In this document: positions 36,063-49,901 of the stretch, piece after piece | Layout: every line of letters starts with the position of its first letter | Position numbering within the stretch: the stretch's first letter is position 1 | NCBI GenBank assembly: GCA_001662655.1 | Contig: KV460210.1 | DNA from: Pseudogymnoascus verrucosus | Taxonomy: Eukaryota | DNA: 64,000 nt | Strand: one strand, 5' to 3' | The notes under the pieces: model-generated | What the model was told of the DNA's origin: nothing | The model's database searches: none | Seen by the model: the letters and a program-made list of their open reading frames with translations, nothing else | Translations under genes and position numbers: made by a program

Positions 36063-37754
36063 ATGGCTTCTTTCAACCCTACGCAGATTTTCCAGAGTGA
36101 TGTGACGGAAGAGAAGGGTGAGAATGCTCGCCTTTCTGCTTTCGTGGGAGCTATCGCAGTTGGCGATCTGGTGAAGAGCACATTGGGCCCAAAGGGCATG
36201 GACAAGATCTTACAATCTGCGTATGTGGACAGCTATTTCATGTGAAGGATTTTACTAACTGGCAGTAGCTCTACCGGTGAGATTATGGTCACGAATGATG
36301 GAGCAACTATCCTGAAGTCCATCGCCTTGGACAACGCAGCCGCAAAAGTGCTCGTGAACATCTCAAAAGTTCAAGATGACGAAGTAGGAGACGGCACAAC
36401 ATCGGTCACAGTCCTGGCAGCAGAGCTCTTAAGAGAAGCGGAGAAGCTGGTCGATAAGAAGATCCATCCCCAGACGATCATCGAGGGTTACAGGATAGCA
36501 AGCCAAGCTGCTTTGGCTGCACTCGAGAAATCAGCTGTTGACCACAGCAGCAACAAGGAGGCGTTCAGGAAGGACTTGTACGCTATCGCACGGACAACTC
36601 TCAGCTCGAAGGTCCTGGCCCAGGACAGAGATCAGTTTGCAGAGCTAGCATGCGATGCAGTGCTACGTATGAAGGGTTCGTCCGATCTCAGCCACATTCA
36701 AATCATCAAGAAGGCTGGCGGAAAGCTGAGCGACTCCTATCTTGACGAGGGCTTCATCTTAGACAAGAAGATCGGTGTAAACCAGCCGAAGAGACTGGAG
36801 AAGGCAAAGATCATGATTGCAAACACCGCAATGGACACAGATAAGATCAAGATCTTCGGGGCCAGAGTTTCTGTTGCATCGACAAGCCAGCTTGCGGAGC
36901 TAGAGAAGGCAGAGAAGGAGAAGATGAGGGCTAAGGTGGAGAAGATCAAGGCACATGGAATCAACTGCTTCATCAACAGGCAGCTTATCTACAACTGGCC
37001 TGAGCAACTCTTTTCGGATGCTGGGATCATGTCGATCGAGCATGCTGATTTCGACGGAATTGAGAGACTCGCCCTGGTTACTGGTGGCGACATCGCTTCC
37101 ACTTTCGACCACCCGGAATTGGTTAAACTTGGACACTGCGATGTTATCGAGGAGGTTATCATTGGTGAGGATACGCTAATCAAATTCTCCGGTGTCGCTG
37201 CTGGCCAAGCTTGCACGATCGTCCTGAGAGGTGCCACCGAGCAGCTCTTGGACGAGGCCGAGAGATCACTTCACGATGCCTTGGCTGTTCTGTCACAAAC
37301 AGTCCAGGAACCAAGAACCACACTGGGAGGCGGATGCGCAGAGATGTTGATGGCCCGCGCCGTCGACGCAGCGGCCCTTAAGGTTGATGGCAAGAAGCAA
37401 ATTGCCGTTGCATCTTTCTCCGTTGCCCTCCGCCAGCTGCCAACCATCCTCGCAGACAATGCCGGGTACGATTCGAGCGACCTCGTGGCCAAGCTGCGAA
37501 CCGCCATCTATGACGGCATGACTACTTACGGTTTGGATTTGATGACACCTGGCGGCGGTATTACCGATATGCGCGAGCTTGGTGTCATTGAGAGTTACAA
37601 GTTGAAGAAGGCAGTTGTGTCGTCAGCATCGGAGGCTGCAGAGGTAAGCCAGACCCGAACCCGTCCTACCGTATTTCAATACTGACTTTTGCAGCTTCTA
37701 TTGAGGGTAGATAATATCATTAGGAGCGCACCAAGACGGAGGGAAAGACAATAG
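36063..37754 (+). CDS. CCT2: Chaperonin CCT/TCP-1 subunit beta; 3 exons
   Basis: [37 protein letters not shown] and [14 protein letters not shown]. Confidence 0.97.
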
Positions 37755-38627
37755 ATGTGGCATGGACAGGAGAACCCGGCTGTATTATGAGAAGGGGATT
37801 GCTAATGGCGAAGCCACTGTACCATAACCTGCCTTAATCACTTCGTAGTGACAATGAATGCACTCATGGTCGGGAACAAGGTGTAACTTGCCCATACAGT
37901 TTACGTAGTAATGCACTGATAGAGCCGAGTACAAATACAAGTGTTCAGTATTACATGTGCACCAAAGTCCAGCGAAGAAGAAATGCATTAGGAAGTAGGC
38001 TGCCAATGATGGATTCAATTTTATTATGAAATTCCCTACTTGGGCGAGTAGACAAAGGCCCCAATTCTTCAGCATGTGTGTCTTTAATATTGAGACAGCA
38101 CTGTGTGGATAAATTATAAAAAATTGTCGTCGGATGTGCGACTGCACTATAAATTCCGTGTTTTAAGGCTGATTGAAATACTACACTACACTGCCACGTC
38201 GGAGATTCAAGTAATTCCAGCAGCACAAAATCAATATTACAGATATTTTATAGAGTACGTAAACAATGTATACGGGAAGTTCTGAACCATCTGAAATTTG
38301 AAGCCTGTAGAATCGTAAGGAAAAGGTAATAAAGACTTGGGCTTCGTCAGCTCGCGATTCAGAATGCTAAACCCTGTCGCACAAGTTGAAACGCTCGCTC
38401 CCTCCCCCAACCTCGAGTTTATTTTGTGCGACACACAACACATACATTACTCGCACTCGAGTCGCTTTCTCTCCCCTTTAAACCATTGCTCGCAATTACC
38501 TATTGCTGTTATTGTCGAGAATTTGCGATACCAGTCCATCTGACGACTTCGAAGCCGCCGCTTGGGTGACCTGAGTCGATCTTGTCAAGTGCCAGGCACC
38601 GTACGGCGTGTTATTTCATGTCCCATC

Positions 38628-41600
38628 ATGCCGCGACGGCCTCCCGCCGAAGGGACTGCCGCGAATAGAATCCTCCTCGCGGTAGTGATATTACTCTTAC
38701 CATGGCTCATCGATGCTCAGCAGCAGCAGCAAAACGCGGGTCGTGATGTTGGAGACCAATACAAGTCACCACGCGAGGCCATCAAGGCGGACCCCATTGC
38801 GACCCTTGAGGCCACCACGCTCGGAAACAAAGCACAACGCCTCGAGTCGCCAGTGAACGCAGGTCGAGCGAAAGGCACACCAGGTGCAAATAAAAACAAA
38901 AGAGAAAATAATGGAAACGATGCGAGCGCTATCGCAGCTTTTGCTCCGGCGGGATCCGCCGTTCGAGCACCATCCACAGGACGATCCAGCATAGAGAATA
39001 ATGCTGGGCTCTCGCCGCAATCTGCGCGGAGTCTTGAGGATTGGGATGTAGAAGACTTTGTGCTTCTTGCGACCGTCGACGGGAAGTTGTATGCCCGAGA
39101 TAGGAAGACTGGGACACAACGGTGGGCCCTGGACGTTGACAGACCCGTTGTACAAACCACATACCACGAAAGGAACGGAACCGATGGCGAAGAGCATCAG
39201 CCTGTGGATGACTATCTTTGGATTGTCGAACCAAGTGCTGATGGCAGTCTCTTCGTTTATATCCCCAGCGGCCCCCAACCAGGGCTGGTCAATACGGGTC
39301 TCACCATGAAGAAATTGGTTGAGGAAATGGTGCCATACGCCGATACCGAGCCTGCTGTGGTCTATACTGGCGACAAGGTAACCTCACTGTGGACAATCGA
39401 TGCCAGGAACGGAGCAGTGCTTAAATGGTTTGGATCCGCGGGCTCGTTCAGCCCAGGAGAAGCCACATGCGACCGCCCAGATGGTTTTCAAGATCCGGAT
39501 GGTGAGGAATGTAGCACTCGAGGGACCTTGACATTGGGTCGAACCGAATACACAGTCGGCATTCAGGGAAAGGATGGTCATCCTATCGTCACTCTCAAAT
39601 ACGCAGAGTGGGGTCCGAACAATTATGACCAGGATCTATTACGCCAACACCGGAGCACCCTCGATGGGAAGTATATGTATAGCAGCCACGACGGAGGAGT
39701 GTTCGCATACGACTTAACTCGGTCGAAAGATAGAGGTGCCTTATACAATGCAAGGCTCCCGTCGCCGGTTATACGAGTCTTTGACGTAGCCCGTCCTGTG
39801 GATGCCGACACGAAGAATCCCGAACTTATCATCCTTCCTCAGCCAATACCACCCTTGGTGGATGACAGTCATGAAAGTATCCGCCATGCCCGGATATTTG
39901 TCAACCACACCGAGACCGGAGACTGGTATGCAATGTCTGGTAATAGCTACCCATTGGTTATCGACGGCCCCGAACAGGCACAGTGCGATACGGCGAATTG
40001 GTTGGAACGTGCGCGCTTCCATGAGCCGATGAACAATGCCCAGCTTCAAAAGGCACTTGTTGGACTTCACTCAATCGATGGCCGTAGACACGAGCCTCTG
40101 TTGACTATATCCGGACCAACCGATCAGGATGACAAATTGCAAAGCGAGAACGAAACTATTCATAAAGATGCAGTTGCAAATATGACATCCCCAGCGCTGG
40201 GCCCCAAACCATCAGTTCTATATCATGTCCGACAGCTTCCAACAACAGCAGTGACGAGTATAATTGAACTCGTTAATAATCCAATTACTACACTCCTACT
40301 CCTGACGCTACTGTTTTGGTACAACAGAGACATAGCCCGATGGATCAAGTCAACCTGCAACAAGTACATCAACATAATTTCAAAGCTCACGGGAAGGCTA
40401 GAAGAGGACGAAGACGTTGATGACTTCTCGAATATCGATGCGCCACTCAAACAGGATGCACCGGCTCCCGAAACTCTTCCGGATGTGGCAACGGTGGGAA
40501 GCTCAGACTCGTCGGACGATGCTAAGCCAACTGAAACGAAGAAACAAGATGGAAAACTAGCAGATGTGTCCACTGAGGCCCGCCGAGAACCGCTGGGAGA
40601 AGTTAACGCAAACGACGGTTCGCGTCCACCGAAGCAACCCAAGCCCGAAGGCAAAAAAGCTCACCGTGGAAAACGTGGTGGTCTCAAGCACAAGAAAGGG
40701 CAGAAGCAGACTCCGGTCTCAGATGGACCAATTCCATCATCTCCTGCTACCGTTGAGGATGCAGTCCGTGACGCAAAAATGCTTGGAGGGACTACCCGCA
40801 TTGAGCCAGATGTCGAAACTCTACCTAATGGTGTCAATGAAATCTCGGGCCCAATCCTACGCATGAACAGCCTCGAGGTTAACATGGATAAGCTTATTGG
40901 GACAGGAAGCAATGGCACAATGGTTTTCGAAGGCAAATTTGACGGACGAGATGTAGCAGTGAAGAGGATGCTCATCCAATTCTTTGAAATTGCATCCCAG
41001 GAGACGAAGCTCTTACGAGAAAGTGACGATCATCCTAATGGTATGCACCCAACCAAGTTATATATTGACCTCAGCAAGCTAACAATTTGGCCAGTTATCC
41101 GATACTATGCCCAGCAACAAAGCCAAGGATTCCTCTATATTGCGCTTGAGCTGTGCTCTGCATCTTTGGCAGATGTTATTGAAAAGCCGCAACTTCATCG
41201 CGACCTTGCACAAAGCGGAGAACGAGATCTTCCTAATGTTCTTTACCAGATAACCAATGGCCTCCAACATCTCCATAACCTTCGGATTGTGCATCGCGAT
41301 CTCAAGCCCCAGAATATCCTGGTCTCAATGGGTAAAGACGGCAGGCCTCGACTTTTAGTCTCCGATTTCGGACTCTGCAAGAAGCTCGAAGGCGAACAAT
41401 CAAGCTTCCGCGCTACCACTGCCCATGCAGCTGGTACATCTGGCTGGCGTGCCCCTGAACTCCTCCTAGACGACGACCTTCGCGAAGGCTCGGTTACGGC
41501 CATGGAGTCCACCCTCTCTAGCAGCCACAGCACATCAGGGATACCACTTGTCTCTGGTGATCTAATGCACAATCGCCGCGCCACTCGGGCCATTGACATC

Positions 41601-42248
41601 TTCTCACTTGGGCTGGTCTTCTTTTACGTACTCACTAAGGGATCTCATCCTTTCGATTGCGGCGATCGGTATATGCGAGAAGTCAACATTCGCAAAGGCG
41701 AATATAAGCTCAGCCCGCTTGATGTTCTTGGCGACTATGCTTTCGAAGCTACCGACCTCATCAGGTCTATGCTCGAGCAGGTGCCAAAGGCTCGTCCGAC
41801 CGCGAGGCAAGTGATGTCCCACCCGTTTTTCTGGTCGGCCAAGAAGCGCCTAAACTTTCTTTGCGACGTCTCAGATCATTTTGAAAAAGAGAAGAGGGAC
41901 CCTCCGAGTGACGCACTTATCGAGCTTGAGAGATGGGCGCCGGAAATTACTCGTGGAGACTTTATGAAACCACTCGGGAAGGAGTTTACGGATTCTCTGG
42001 GGAAGCAGAGGAAGTATACTGGTTCAAGATTGTTGGATCTGCTGAGAGCGCTCAGGAACAAGAAGAACCATTATGAGGATATGTCAGACAAGTTGAAGAA
42101 GGACGTAGGTCCTTTACCTGAGGGGTATCTGAGCTTCTGGACAAGGAAGTTCCCAAACCTACTCATTGGTTGCTGGAATGTTGTGTATGAGGTTAGATGG
42201 GATGAAGTGGATCGATTCAGAGAGTACTATGAGCCAGCATTGCTATGA
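38628..42248 (+). CDS. IRE1: Ire1 ER-stress sensor kinase/endoribonuclease; one 54-nt intron (41041-41094)
   Basis: Signal peptide, luminal LLATVDG domain, transmembrane helix, kinase motifs (GTGSNG, HRDLKPQN, SDFG) and KEN RNase motif (LLRALRNKKNHY). Confidence 0.96.
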   Translation: MPRRPPAEGTAANRILLAVVILLLPWLIDAQQQQQNAGRDVGDQYKSPREAIKADPIATLEATTLGNKAQRLESPVNAGRAKGTPGANKNKRENNGNDASAIAAFAPAGSAVRAPSTGRSSIENNAGLSPQSARSLEDWDVEDFVLLATVDGKLYARDRKTGTQRWALDVDRPVVQTTYHERNGTDGEEHQPVDDYLWIVEPSADGSLFVYIPSGPQPGLVNTGLTMKKLVEEMVPYADTEPAVVYTGDKVTSLWTIDARNGAVLKWFGSAGSFSPGEATCDRPDGFQDPDGEECSTRGTLTLGRTEYTVGIQGKDGHPIVTLKYAEWGPNNYDQDLLRQHRSTLDGKYMYSSHDGGVFAYDLTRSKDRGALYNARLPSPVIRVFDVARPVDADTKNPELIILPQPIPPLVDDSHESIRHARIFVNHTETGDWYAMSGNSYPLVIDGPEQAQCDTANWLERARFHEPMNNAQLQKALVGLHSIDGRRHEPLLTISGPTDQDDKLQSENETIHKDAVANMTSPALGPKPSVLYHVRQLPTTAVTSIIELVNNPITTLLLLTLLFWYNRDIARWIKSTCNKYINIISKLTGRLEEDEDVDDFSNIDAPLKQDAPAPETLPDVATVGSSDSSDDAKPTETKKQDGKLADVSTEARREPLGEVNANDGSRPPKQPKPEGKKAHRGKRGGLKHKKGQKQTPVSDGPIPSSPATVEDAVRDAKMLGGTTRIEPDVETLPNGVNEISGPILRMNSLEVNMDKLIGTGSNGTMVFEGKFDGRDVAVKRMLIQFFEIASQETKLLRESDDHPNGMHPTKLYIDLSKLTIWPVIRYYAQQQSQGFLYIALELCSASLADVIEKPQLHRDLAQSGERDLPNVLYQITNGLQHLHNLRIVHRDLKPQNILVSMGKDGRPRLLVSDFGLCKKLEGEQSSFRATTAHAAGTSGWRAPELLLDDDLREGSVTAMESTLSSSHSTSGIPLVSGDLMHNRRATRAIDIFSLGLVFFYVLTKGSHPFDCGDRYMREVNIRKGEYKLSPLDVLGDYAFEATDLIRSMLEQVPKARPTARQVMSHPFFWSAKKRLNFLCDVSDHFEKEKRDPPSDALIELERWAPEITRGDFMKPLGKEFTDSLGKQRKYTGSRLLDLLRALRNKKNHYEDMSDKLKKDVGPLPEGYLSFWTRKFPNLLIGCWNVVYEVRWDEVDRFREYYEPALL

Positions 42249-42985
42249 GATAGTTCTTTAGAACTCATAGAGTAGGACTCCAAAGCTTTAGTCACTTCGA
42301 GGAAGGCAATTGGCGGGCGGCTTTAGGCGCAGGGATTATATGAATTAGGATTTATAGTACTATGTAGCTCGCGACGAATTGAATTTATAGCAACCATTGA
42401 AACAGCCCATGCAATCCAATTGAATCTTACGGCGGCTATTCATTATTGGACGTGTGTATTTCTAACGATGGCATTCTCTGAAACTTAAAACGCCCATGAC
42501 GGCGCTTAAACGCGGGAGCGGCCGCATCTAGGCCTTTGGTTTGGCTGATCGTGGTCGCGACGAACCATCACGCACCCTCTCGTCAACTACGCCACATCCG
42601 GCCCTCACAAACAGCTACATTCATCCTACTTCCCGACTTGCTTGCCGGTTTGCTTCTTTTGGAATTATATATATATATATTTCATACTATCTGCATAACA
42701 GGGCTGGTTCTCTGCCATCACATTTGGAAAGAGTCCTGGCGAAGTGCGAAGTTGAGAAGCTGCAGTCGCATGCGCCAGCCAGAATTTAGCAACCACCACC
42801 ACCGACAATAAGCAAACTTCCATAAGATACGCTTCAAACTGCGCGTCAATTACACCTTGCCAAACATTGGGTGCCCTAAAGCAAACCGCTGTCATTTGCG
42901 CCAACTCTCAAACTCCAATACCGTTGAAACGAAAGTAATACATTCATAACCAGTTGCGTCACATTTCAGCAGTTTATCCGCCAAC

Positions 42986-43967
42986 ATGGGACTATCAGAG
43001 GAACAGATTCGCCAATTCAGCACCCATATCGATAATATTCTCAGCAAAAGCGACTTGGCAACTATATCAGTAAAGAAGGTCCGGAACCAGTTACAAGAGG
43101 TCGTCGGCCAGGACTTATCAGAGCAGAAGGTAACACAAGCCATTCCAGCCCAATCCCTTTGTTTTTACTAATATTTCTTCGATAGTCTGCAGTCAATGCC
43201 TTGATTGAAGAGCGCTTCGACAAAATCACTTCCGAGCCCCCGTCTTCGCCAGACGTGCCGATATCCAAAGGCCCGAGACCAACAACCAACGGCCACGTCA
43301 AGACCGAGGTCAAGGATGAGAGCACTCCGGATGACACAGACGGCGGCAGTGCCCCTCCGAAAAAGAAACAAAAGAAACAGTCGGCAGCAGACAGCGATGC
43401 GAAGCTAGCTGCTCTACTCCAGGCGCAAGAGAATAGCCGAGGCAGGGCCACAAGAGGCGGGGTTAATAAGAAGCCCGCAAAGGCGAAGTCGACAGTCAAG
43501 AAGAAGAAGAGCTCGGCAAAGGTTAAGGCAGCGGACGATAGTGATATCGAGCTGAATTCAGATGGGGAGAAGAAGGTGGTCGAACGGAAGGGAGGGTTTC
43601 ACGTCAGTCAATCACAACATACTGGGGGGGATTCTTTGGCTAACATCGAGTAGAAACAATACGCGCTGTCCGAGCCCCTGGCTGCATTGGTTGGTGAGCC
43701 TCAGGTATGTAGATTGAGAACCGCCTTGTGCTGTAAGCTAACTGGTTCCAGTCGTCTCGGCCACAGGTCGTGAAAAAGATCTGGGCGCATATCAAAGGAA
43801 ACGATCTCCAGGATCCGTCAGACAAGCGCCAGATATTTTGCGACAACAAGATGAAGCTTGTTTTCAAGCAAGACACCGTTCACATGTTCACTATGAACAA
43901 GTTATTGGGGAAGCACCTGTACGAGGTTGAGGAGCTCGCAGCAGAAGCAGCGGCAGCGCAAAATTAG
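42986..43967 (+). CDS. DEK-C plus SWIB/MDM2 domain protein (Uaf30/Tri1/Spp27-like); 4 exons
   Basis: IDNILSKSDL.TISVKKVR; DAKLAALLQ; KGGFHKQYALSEPLA; SRPQVVKKIWAHIK.NDLQDPSDKR.I.CD. Confidence 0.9.
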
Positions 43968-44627
43968 CCTGTCCGGTTGAGAGGCAAATTGGGGGTCAAT
44001 GGGGACAAAGGGCCTGGATATATGGCATTATTGGGACATATGGCGTTGTGCGTTGGCTCAAAAGCTATTATGCTGCATACCCATCATTAATTTGGGGGGA
44101 AACACTTTATGAATATTCACTTGGGGGGAGGATGATCCAGCAAACACTGGATATAGTGGCAGACATCGGAATTGATGATTTGAAATCGGACGGTAGCCGC
44201 TAGAACTTTGGCCGAGTGACTCCCATGTGATTCTACGCCACCCTCTCACACAGGGTAACAAAGGTCAAATAGCAAGGACATAAGATTAAAGTGAGGTGGT
44301 CGCAGAAGAAGACTTATTTCCACAGAGTCAGCCTTGGGCTTAGGCAGTAGCTGCGCATATGAATGACTCTGAATCGATCTGTGTGGCAGTAGCGCCAAGC
44401 CGCAGCCTCGTAGCCTCGCACACCGAGCCCTGCTATTAATGATTCGTCGACCCCACATCCCCACGCCCAAATTTCCACTCCAGCTCATCACCGCCGTAAC
44501 CACAAACAGCTCCAATAATTCCAGCGTACGCCCCCCATACAGGACCGACGCAGAATACATTGAATCAAGGAGATACATGTAATATTTATATCAAAGATTG
44601 TGCAGTACAGCAAGGAGAAACATTATT

Positions 44628-47101
44628 ATGGCGGACACAAACGCCACTGGCCCGGAGTCCGCCCAGACGACTGCCCCACCACGAGCACCCCGAGGAGATA
44701 ACGCCAGGGGAGGAAGGGGCGGCAGAAGAGGACGAGGAGGAAGGGCAAACAATGACGGAGAAGGAGCAGCAGACAATAACCAGAATGAAAGCAGAGCGCC
44801 GCGGCGGGGGAGAGGAGGCAATCGCGGCGCTGGTGCAAGAGGAGGCAACAGCACATTAACGCCCGCCGACCTGGCTACGCGATTTGCGCAGAAAGCAACG
44901 GTAGCAGAGGTCCCAGCTGCGACATCTCCTAGGATATTGGAACCGAAAGATGAAGAGGAGGATGTCGATGCGGAGGTGTGCTTTATTTGCGCATCGCCCG
45001 TTGTGCACAATGCCGTTGCACCTTGCAATCACAGAACATGCCATATCTGTGCATTGCGGATGCGAGCTCTCTATAAAACGAAAGACTGTGCCCATTGTAG
45101 AGTAAGTTTTCTTTCTTAGCTGCTTGTGGAAGTTCAATTGCTAACCCGAACCTCTAGACTGAGGCACCATATGTCATCTTCACCGATGATGCAACCAAAC
45201 GATTCGAGGACTATGCTGAGCGAGATTTTGCAAGCACGGATCACAATATCGGCATCAAATACCAGACGCAAGAGGTAATGGGCGACTCACTTATCCTTCT
45301 ACACTACAACTGCCCAGAACCTACGTGCGATATTGCCTGTCGCGCATGGCCAGAATTGCATCGCCACGTAAGGGGTACTCACCACAAGAAGATGTGTGAC
45401 CTCTGCACAAGGCATAAGAAAGTATTTACGCACGAGCATGATTTGTTTACGGACAAGGAGTTGCAGATGCATATGTCTAAGGGGGATGACAACCCAGGGG
45501 CTAAGGACCAAAGTGGCTTCAAGGGACACCCGCTGTGTAGCTTCTGTGGGCAGAGGTTTTATGGTGATGACGAGCTCTATGTGCATTGTCGGCAAAAGCA
45601 TGAGAGATGCTTCTTGTGCGACAGGGCAGACAGTCGGAATCCCCACTACTACGTCAACTACGAGTCTCTAGAGAGCCATTTTAAGAAGGACCATTATATG
45701 TGTATGGAACGAGAGTGCCAGGAAAAGAAGTTCATCGTATTTTCGTCCGAGATGGATCTCAAGGCACATCAGCTTGAGGAGCACGCCAATACCTTGTCAA
45801 AGGATGTAAGGCGAGATGCTAGAGTTGTCGACCTGTCGTCGTTCGACTACAGGGCACCATACTACCAGGAAAGACGTGGAGGAGAGAGCCAGAGGGAATC
45901 ACGGAATCGTGGGCGAGGGAGGGACCCAAATGCGGAGCCAATCCCAGCATCAACTGCGCAACCTCTACGTCGAGATGAACAAGCTTTCCAACGCCAAATG
46001 GCCATCCAGAGTGCACAATCAGTAACAACACGCACATTTGGCGGACAATTGACTGCGCCAACCCCAGCTCAATCGGCAGCAGCAACATCGGGCCGTAACA
46101 CTGGCGCAATCAACTCATCACGTCCATCTACGGCATCACGAGCGGCCCCAGCAGCACAACCTCAAGCCCCCGCAGTCGCCGAAGCTGACCTCTCACCACA
46201 AGAGCAAGCCCGCCGCCAACACCACATGTCCGTCATCTCGAAAGCAACCCAGCTTCTCAACAACGACAACCTCAAAATCACCCAGTTCCGCAACGCCCTC
46301 TCCTCCTACCGCTCCAGCGCCATCTCCGCCTCCGCACTCATCGACGCCTTCTTCGCCCTCTTCTCCGACACCTCCAGCTCCGCTCTCGGCACCCTCATCC
46401 GCGACGTCGCAGATCTCTACGAGGACGTCAAGAAAGCAGAGGGCATCCGCACCGCCTGGAACGACTGGCGCGCCATCAACGAGGATTACCCCTCCCTCCC
46501 CGGCCCCAGCGGCATCACCGGCAGCGCCAGCGTAGGCTGGGCCGGCGTCACCGCCTCCATGCCACCAAACGTCACCATCGCCCCTGCCAAGTCCTCGCGC
46601 GTCCTAAAACTCAAATCATCGACGCAGCAGTCTTCGCGCTCGAGTCAGAGCAGAAACGGGACCTGGACTAATACTGCCACGCCGAGTAGTTCGAGAAGCG
46701 AATCTGCGTTCCCGACTCTCCCGCCTTCGTCGTCGTCTGTGCAGCCGACACCGAGAGTTACGACGGTCCCGTGGAAGCCGTCATCTGGCAACGCAAGTTC
46801 GTCACAAAGTACTCCCCGCGCCACACCCCCCACATCGCGCCCTGCATCTCGCGTGGCCGGTGGTCGTGGCGGAGCTACGGGTGGCGACTTCCCATCGTTA
46901 CCGCCGGCGCCAAAACCTGTAAGCACGATCTTTGGATACGGCCGCGGGATGGTCCGGCGTGATACTGGACAGGGAAGCGGCGCCGGGGCTAGTGCGTGGG
47001 GAGCGTCGCAGCAGGAGGAGGTACAGCAGCAGCAGGAAGAGCAGGGGGGGAAGAAGAAGGGGAATAAGGGGAAGAAACAGGTTCTTGTGGCGTGGGGATA
47101 G
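44628..47101 (+). CDS. HEL2: RING/C2H2 E3 ubiquitin ligase Hel2/ZNF598; 2 exons
   Basis: RING CFIC...CNHRTCHICALRMRALY...CAHCR, then GFKGHPLCSFC, C2H2 fingers and a C-terminal KKKGNKGKKQ. Confidence 0.92.
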
Positions 47102-47537
47102 ATGAGTGGTTTTGGATGTGTGTGTGCGAGTTTTTAGTTGTCTAGCGTGTGTTGGGAAAAGTGATGATTAGATGATACACGCATAGCGAAGGGGTTTTGC
47201 GTTGTTATAGATTTCTGATGTTAAGATTACTTTAGTTTTACTCGTATTGTCTGAAGAGGCCAGGGTTCAAGGTTAGAGGAGTGTTCAAATGGGCTCCAAT
47301 ATATATATTGTTAAGCCTCCTCTCCTAGACATGCAATCAGAATACTGGTTAATATATACAGCCAGCCACCTTTTTTCCCTCTGATAGATGCAAATGCTGA
47401 CTCCAGGTATTACCCATCACCTTCATCCTTACGCCCTAAACGCCCTCAAAACACACTTCAATCCCATCAACGCCACTATTCCCCCATCACCCCCCCCCAT
47501 TAATTACTGCACCCCACCCCCCAAAAAAACCAACCCC

Positions 47538-48297
47538 CTAAGACGACGAACCCCTCCTCACAAGCCCAGCAACCCACCTCCGTCCCCTCTCCACAACGCC
47601 CTCTTCCGCCGGTGCACCTTCATTGTTCTTTCCCTTCCCCTTCAGCTCCTTCTTCTCCTTCACTTCCTTCTTCTCCCGCCCGTCCTTTTCGTCTCTCCCC
47701 TCCACAGACGACTCCTCCCCCTGGCCCCTCGTAGGCACCTTGACGATATTCGCCGCCCCCCCGCGCCCTACATGCGCACCCGCACCTTCTGATTCTCTCC
47801 TCGGAAGTCTGCAAAACACACCAGTTAGCCAAACCATCCACTCGTCCACTCATCCACCAGTAGAAGCAATGAAAGGGATAAAACATACGCAACAACATCC
47901 TGCGCCCTCCTCGCCCCGGCCTTCCCCGTATTCGCAACCATATTCCCACTCCCCCCGCGCCCCGTCGTATACACCTCCTCCTTCAGCGTCGGCGTCTCCA
48001 GGTCCGTCGGGGAGACTGGGCGCGGTGGCGCGGCGGAGATATTACCTACGAGCTTCGCATTAGCCACGACTCTCTCTCTGTGTGTGTGTGCGAGAAACGG
48101 TCCACCGTGTGCGTGGATGCTAGGGGAGGGGAGCTGTGTGAGGGAAGGGAAATTGTAGGAGGGGAAGAAGAAGAGGACATACCAGCGCCACCCCGTCCAT
48201 GCGCCGCATACCGACTTGTGGAAGTCGAGCGTCGCGTCGCTTCTTCGTAGGGACTTGGGTCTGCTGCCTCGCTGGTTGGGGGTGTAGTTTCTGGCAT
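47538..48297 (-). CDS. DUF3602/Par32-like protein with GRGGAGN repeats; 3 exons
   Basis: Repeats HGRGGAG|NI, TGRGGSGNM and VGRGGAANI. Confidence 0.82.
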
Positions 48298-49901
48298 TGT
48301 GATGGTGTTGTGGTGCTTCAATCGCTCGTTTGTCGTGGGTTGGGTTGAGTCAAGCTTGTGGTTGTGGTGGTGGTGGTGGTGGTAGTGGATGCGCCTCCGG
48401 TGGGTAGTTAGGTGTGACGCGGGGTTGAGCTTTAAAGGTCCGTCGGTGGTTGGTGTTATGACTCGACTTGAGAATTCCTTTGCAAATTCCACACTCAATT
48501 CTTCAGCAACAACAATAATAAAATAAACAACACAAGTAAAACCCTCAATCCAATATCAATCCCTTGTCGTGGTGGCAAAACAAGGTCCTAACCGCCGTCT
48601 TCGTCTTATGTACTCTACTATACCCATGCCCACCAGCCCTCCCTCTCCCCCGCCTCGCCTCGCCCCATCGTCGCCTGACTCAAAATTTCTGTACAGCGTG
48701 ATCCTCCTGCTGGTCCTGCGTACCCCACTACGACGGCGGGCCAGGCCTTTGTGGGGATCGACGCCCGTGTTTGCCGCGTCTGGGGGGTCAACACACAACA
48801 GTTAACACCACTCAACTAAACCACAGGGCGCACGCACGCACGCACGCACGTACGCCACGGGGAGCCGGTGGGTATGGGGGAATTGGAAGGGAGAGGTATA
48901 TCACGCATATATTCAAGGCTGGGATTGTGTGATTGTGTATATATCCCTCTCTGTCTGACAGACTGTGATGATTTTCCTTTTCTTTTCTTTTCTTTACGTT
49001 GTAAACACACGCGCCTTCCTCGAAACCGGTGTGCCCAGAAGAAGGAAGGCAGTAAAAAAAAAGGGCTGAGCCTCGCGCGGGCGCTTAAAATCTTTCACTT
49101 TCTTGTGAAATTTCAACCATACTCTCTCTGTCTGGCCTAACCTCACTCCCCCACGTACCTAGCTATAATTCTATACACAAATAACCTCCCCCCCACCCCA
49201 TCTGCCCAGCGCCCACCAACATAGCATATCCCCCATCAACACCCCCACCATCACCGCAGTCTTCCCGATCACAACCCATCCATCATTACTCACTCAACTC
49301 AAAGGTAGAGCCCCTCCCCTCCCCTCCCCTCCCCTCCCCTCCCACCCATCCCCGCCATCCATCCGTCAACGCCGCCGCCCCGCTAGTCCCGCTAACCCCG
49401 CACGCACAACAATCACCTATTCTCATGCCAGACCGCCAGACGCAATACAACAATCACTCCATCCAGCCCAATCTATCCCCCATCAAACCCCACAAAGCCC
49501 AGCCTAACCCAACCCAACCCCCAAGCAACCCTTCCCACAATCCCCCGTCCTCCACGGTGAAAATAGGAGATCCCGAACCCCTTCCTTCAAACATGCCCGC
49601 CCACCAAACACGTGTCCCCCAGCCCAGCCCCCTAAACCCAGAAAAACCCCCCCAACCCACCCCCCAAACTAAAAAAGGGCCGTAAATAAGTCTATCTATA
49701 TCTCGAAATGTCGTTAAAAAAAACCGAAAATAAAGTTAAAAAAAGAGGTTCCAGTTGATCTGGCCAAGCAAGCTCGGCTCGATTGACTTTTGGTTTGTCG
49801 GGTCGGGGAGTGAAGGTTGAGGTGGAGGTGGTGGAGGCGGGTTAGGTTGGACGAGCTCATTCAGCACTTTTGTTTTATGCTGATGAGTCTGGTGAGACAG
49901 A

